Below the pieces are notes generated by a model. It was not told the DNA's origin and searched no databases. It worked only from the letters and a program-made list of their open reading frames with translations. Shown here one piece after another: positions 46,334 through 48,107 of a DNA stretch of 48,107 bases. The position numbers and the translations under genes were made by a program. Numbering within the stretch: the stretch's first letter is position 1; every line of letters starts with the position of its first letter. Location: assembly GCA_039414375.1 (NCBI GenBank), contig JBCDGY010000001.1, positions 1 through 48,107 of the forward strand, in the 5' to 3' direction. This DNA is from Bacteroidota bacterium (GTDB lineage: Bacteria; Bacteroidota; Bacteroidia; Flavobacteriales; Flavobacteriaceae).

Positions 46334-46387
46334 ACAAAAATTCAATTTCTTAGTGGTTTAAAAGCGTGCTATATGTAGCTTTATAGG

Positions 46388-47752
46388 GTGTATACTATTG
46401 TTGACATCGAAACTACCGGAAACGGAAGAAAGGGAAACCATATTACGGAAATCTCCATATTCAAGTTTGATGGGCATTCCATTGTTGATGAGTTGACCAC
46501 TTTAGTACGTCCTCCCTGCCCAATCCCTCCTTTTATTACTGGCCTTACGGGGATAGATGACGATATGGTACGCGACGCTCCCCGCTTTGCTGACATTGCC
46601 GATCAGGTCATGACCTTTACCAAAGACTGTGTTTTTGTAGCCCATGCCGTTAATTTTGACTACGGGGTAATCAAAGCAGAGTTCCAACTTTTGGGCATGC
46701 CTTTTGCCCGTAAAAAACTCTGTACGGTTCGGCTTTCTCGGAAACTAATTCCAGGGCTGCACTCCTATAGTCTAGGAAAGTTGTGTTCTAGTTTGGGCAT
46801 TCCTATTGCCAATAGGCACCGCGCACGGGGCGATGCTGCAGCCACGGTTACCCTTTTTGAGCAGTTGCTTCAAAAGCCAAAAGCAGCCAACATCCTCCAA
46901 CGTGCGTTACATGCCCATAGTCAAGAAGCCACCCTACCACCACACCTCGACCAAGACCAAGTTGCACAACTGCCACAGCAGCCAGGGGTTTACTATTTCT
47001 TAGATCAAAAAGGCACAATCATCTATGTAGGGAAGGCCAAAAACCTCAAAAAAAGGGTGCTCGGTCATTTTTACGATCAATCGGAGCATGAAATTCGCCT
47101 CTGCCGCGAAGTTGCACGTATAGATTACGACCGTTCGGGAGGAGAGCTTATCGCACTTTTAATGGAATCAGCTGCGATCAAACAGCATTTCCCAAAGTTC
47201 AATCGGGCCCAAAAACGCGTGGTAAAACGCTACGCCATTTTCTTGTATGAAGACCGTAATGGTAGAGCGCATTTGGGATTCGCCGATCACAAACAAGTAC
47301 GAGACCCCTTAACGGTACTCCATAGCCCAACGGAGTGCAGAATGGTTCTAAAACAGTTGAGTGATACCTTTCAACTATGCCCGCGATATTGCCAATTGGT
47401 GCCTTTACAAGCAACGAATCTACGTTGCCTAAGCAGAACCTGCGATAGCCATTGTAGTGGGGCTGGTGCCATAGCGGATCACAATGCTAAAGTTCAACAA
47501 GCGGTAACTGCTTTGGCCATGCCTAAGGGTACTTTATTATTACGGCAACCAGGACGCGACCCTAACGAACAGGCCTTTATTTATATTGAAGATGGCCAAT
47601 ATGAAGGCTATGGATTTATTGATGCCAAACATCCCGTTGATACTATTGAAGATATTCGCGCTTTTTTAATTCCCCAAAAGGCTACCCTAGAAACACAGCG
47701 CATTGTAGAAAGTGCCATTCGTAAAATGGGAAAGCATGTTCTTATGCCTTAG
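46388..47752 (+). CDS. DEDDh 3'-5' exonuclease (DNA pol III epsilon-like) fused to a GIY-YIG (UvrC-like) domain
   Basis: 'IVDIETTG', 'VAHAVNFDY', 'HRARGDA'; GIY-YIG 'PGVYYF.D..G.IIYVGKAKNLKKRV..HF'; common Bacteroidota architecture; GTG start. Confidence 0.93.
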   Translation: MYTIVDIETTGNGRKGNHITEISIFKFDGHSIVDELTTLVRPPCPIPPFITGLTGIDDDMVRDAPRFADIADQVMTFTKDCVFVAHAVNFDYGVIKAEFQLLGMPFARKKLCTVRLSRKLIPGLHSYSLGKLCSSLGIPIANRHRARGDAAATVTLFEQLLQKPKAANILQRALHAHSQEATLPPHLDQDQVAQLPQQPGVYYFLDQKGTIIYVGKAKNLKKRVLGHFYDQSEHEIRLCREVARIDYDRSGGELIALLMESAAIKQHFPKFNRAQKRVVKRYAIFLYEDRNGRAHLGFADHKQVRDPLTVLHSPTECRMVLKQLSDTFQLCPRYCQLVPLQATNLRCLSRTCDSHCSGAGAIADHNAKVQQAVTALAMPKGTLLLRQPGRDPNEQAFIYIEDGQYEGYGFIDAKHPVDTIEDIRAFLIPQKATLETQRIVESAIRKMGKHVLMP

Positions 47753-47759
47753 GCCTCTA

Positions 47760-47855
47760 CTACTTGTTCAACTTATTGTACATTCTAGCAATAAAGACCA
47801 ACCATATGCAGAAAACAATGGCTACGATAATGGAATAAATAAGGATAAAATCCAT
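47760..47855 (-). CDS. 31-aa single-pass membrane peptide (absent from the ORF track)
   Basis: Translated by hand: MDFILIYSIIVAIVFCIWLVFIARMYNKLNK*; ATG starts 2 nt after the stop of the upstream small ORF. Confidence 0.55.
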   Translation of the reverse strand: MDFILIYSIIVAIVFCIWLVFIARMYNKLNK

Positions 47856-47857
47856 TA

Positions 47858-48007
47858 TTATTTTTTGTGTTTCAGGTAATTCATAAAACCTAAAATGGTT
47901 GGTGCCCAGAATGCTATAAAAATAGCATCCATCTTTTTTCCACTCAGGAAAAGTACTTCAGAGACCACTATGATGGATACAACCACCAATAGCAAAATAC
48001 AGTTCAT
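47858..48007 (-). CDS. Small two-helix membrane protein (~49 aa)
   Basis: MNCILLLVVVSIIVVSEVLFLSGKKMDAIFIAFWAPTILGFMNYLKHKK; two hydrophobic segments; ATG 48007 preferred to the track start 48094, but uncertain. Confidence 0.6.
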   Translation of the reverse strand: MNCILLLVVVSIIVVSEVLFLSGKKMDAIFIAFWAPTILGFMNYLKHKK

Positions 48008-48107
48008 GGCCCCTACGTTTCGTATAAAATTCTTTAACATTAATCCAGCAAACGTAGTATTACACTCACTAAAGTAATGATAATATTGACACAACTGTTA
48101 AATGTTC

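Noticed and set aside
1-48107. CRISPR arrays, tRNA/rRNA genes, IS elements
   Set aside because: No regularly spaced direct repeats, RNA-gene signatures or transposase ORFs seen; the window is almost entirely protein coding

Overview
Bacteroidota-like window, probably Flavobacteriaceae (Gln-starting mature secreted proteins, UpxY-family NusG paralog, AT-rich SD-less starts). It has three parts. (1) 40-13497, minus strand: a tightly coupled 8-gene operon of seven mutually paralogous, signal-peptide-bearing proteins of no family I recognise, plus an astacin/papain-like dual protease. This is the best candidate for an undescribed multi-subunit system, possibly protease-activated and pore-forming. 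(2) 14000-16897: galT, galK and a UpxY/NusG-family antiterminator that points away from an opsX-like leader. (3) 17127-46055, plus strand: an apparently complete ~29 kb extracellular contractile injection system (sheath, tube, Pvc16, AAA ATPase, hub/spike/PAAR-like, gp25, two baseplate J-like proteins, gpI-like, DUF6519 fibre). It carries three DUF4157 polymorphic cargo proteins ending in L,D-transpeptidase+LysM, an AHH-type nuclease and a putative RhsP2-like RNA ADP-ribosyltransferase, with no immunity or lysis genes. The window ends with a DEDDh/GIY-YIG nuclease gene and two tiny membrane-protein ORFs. All family calls come from motif recognition by eye, not database searches.
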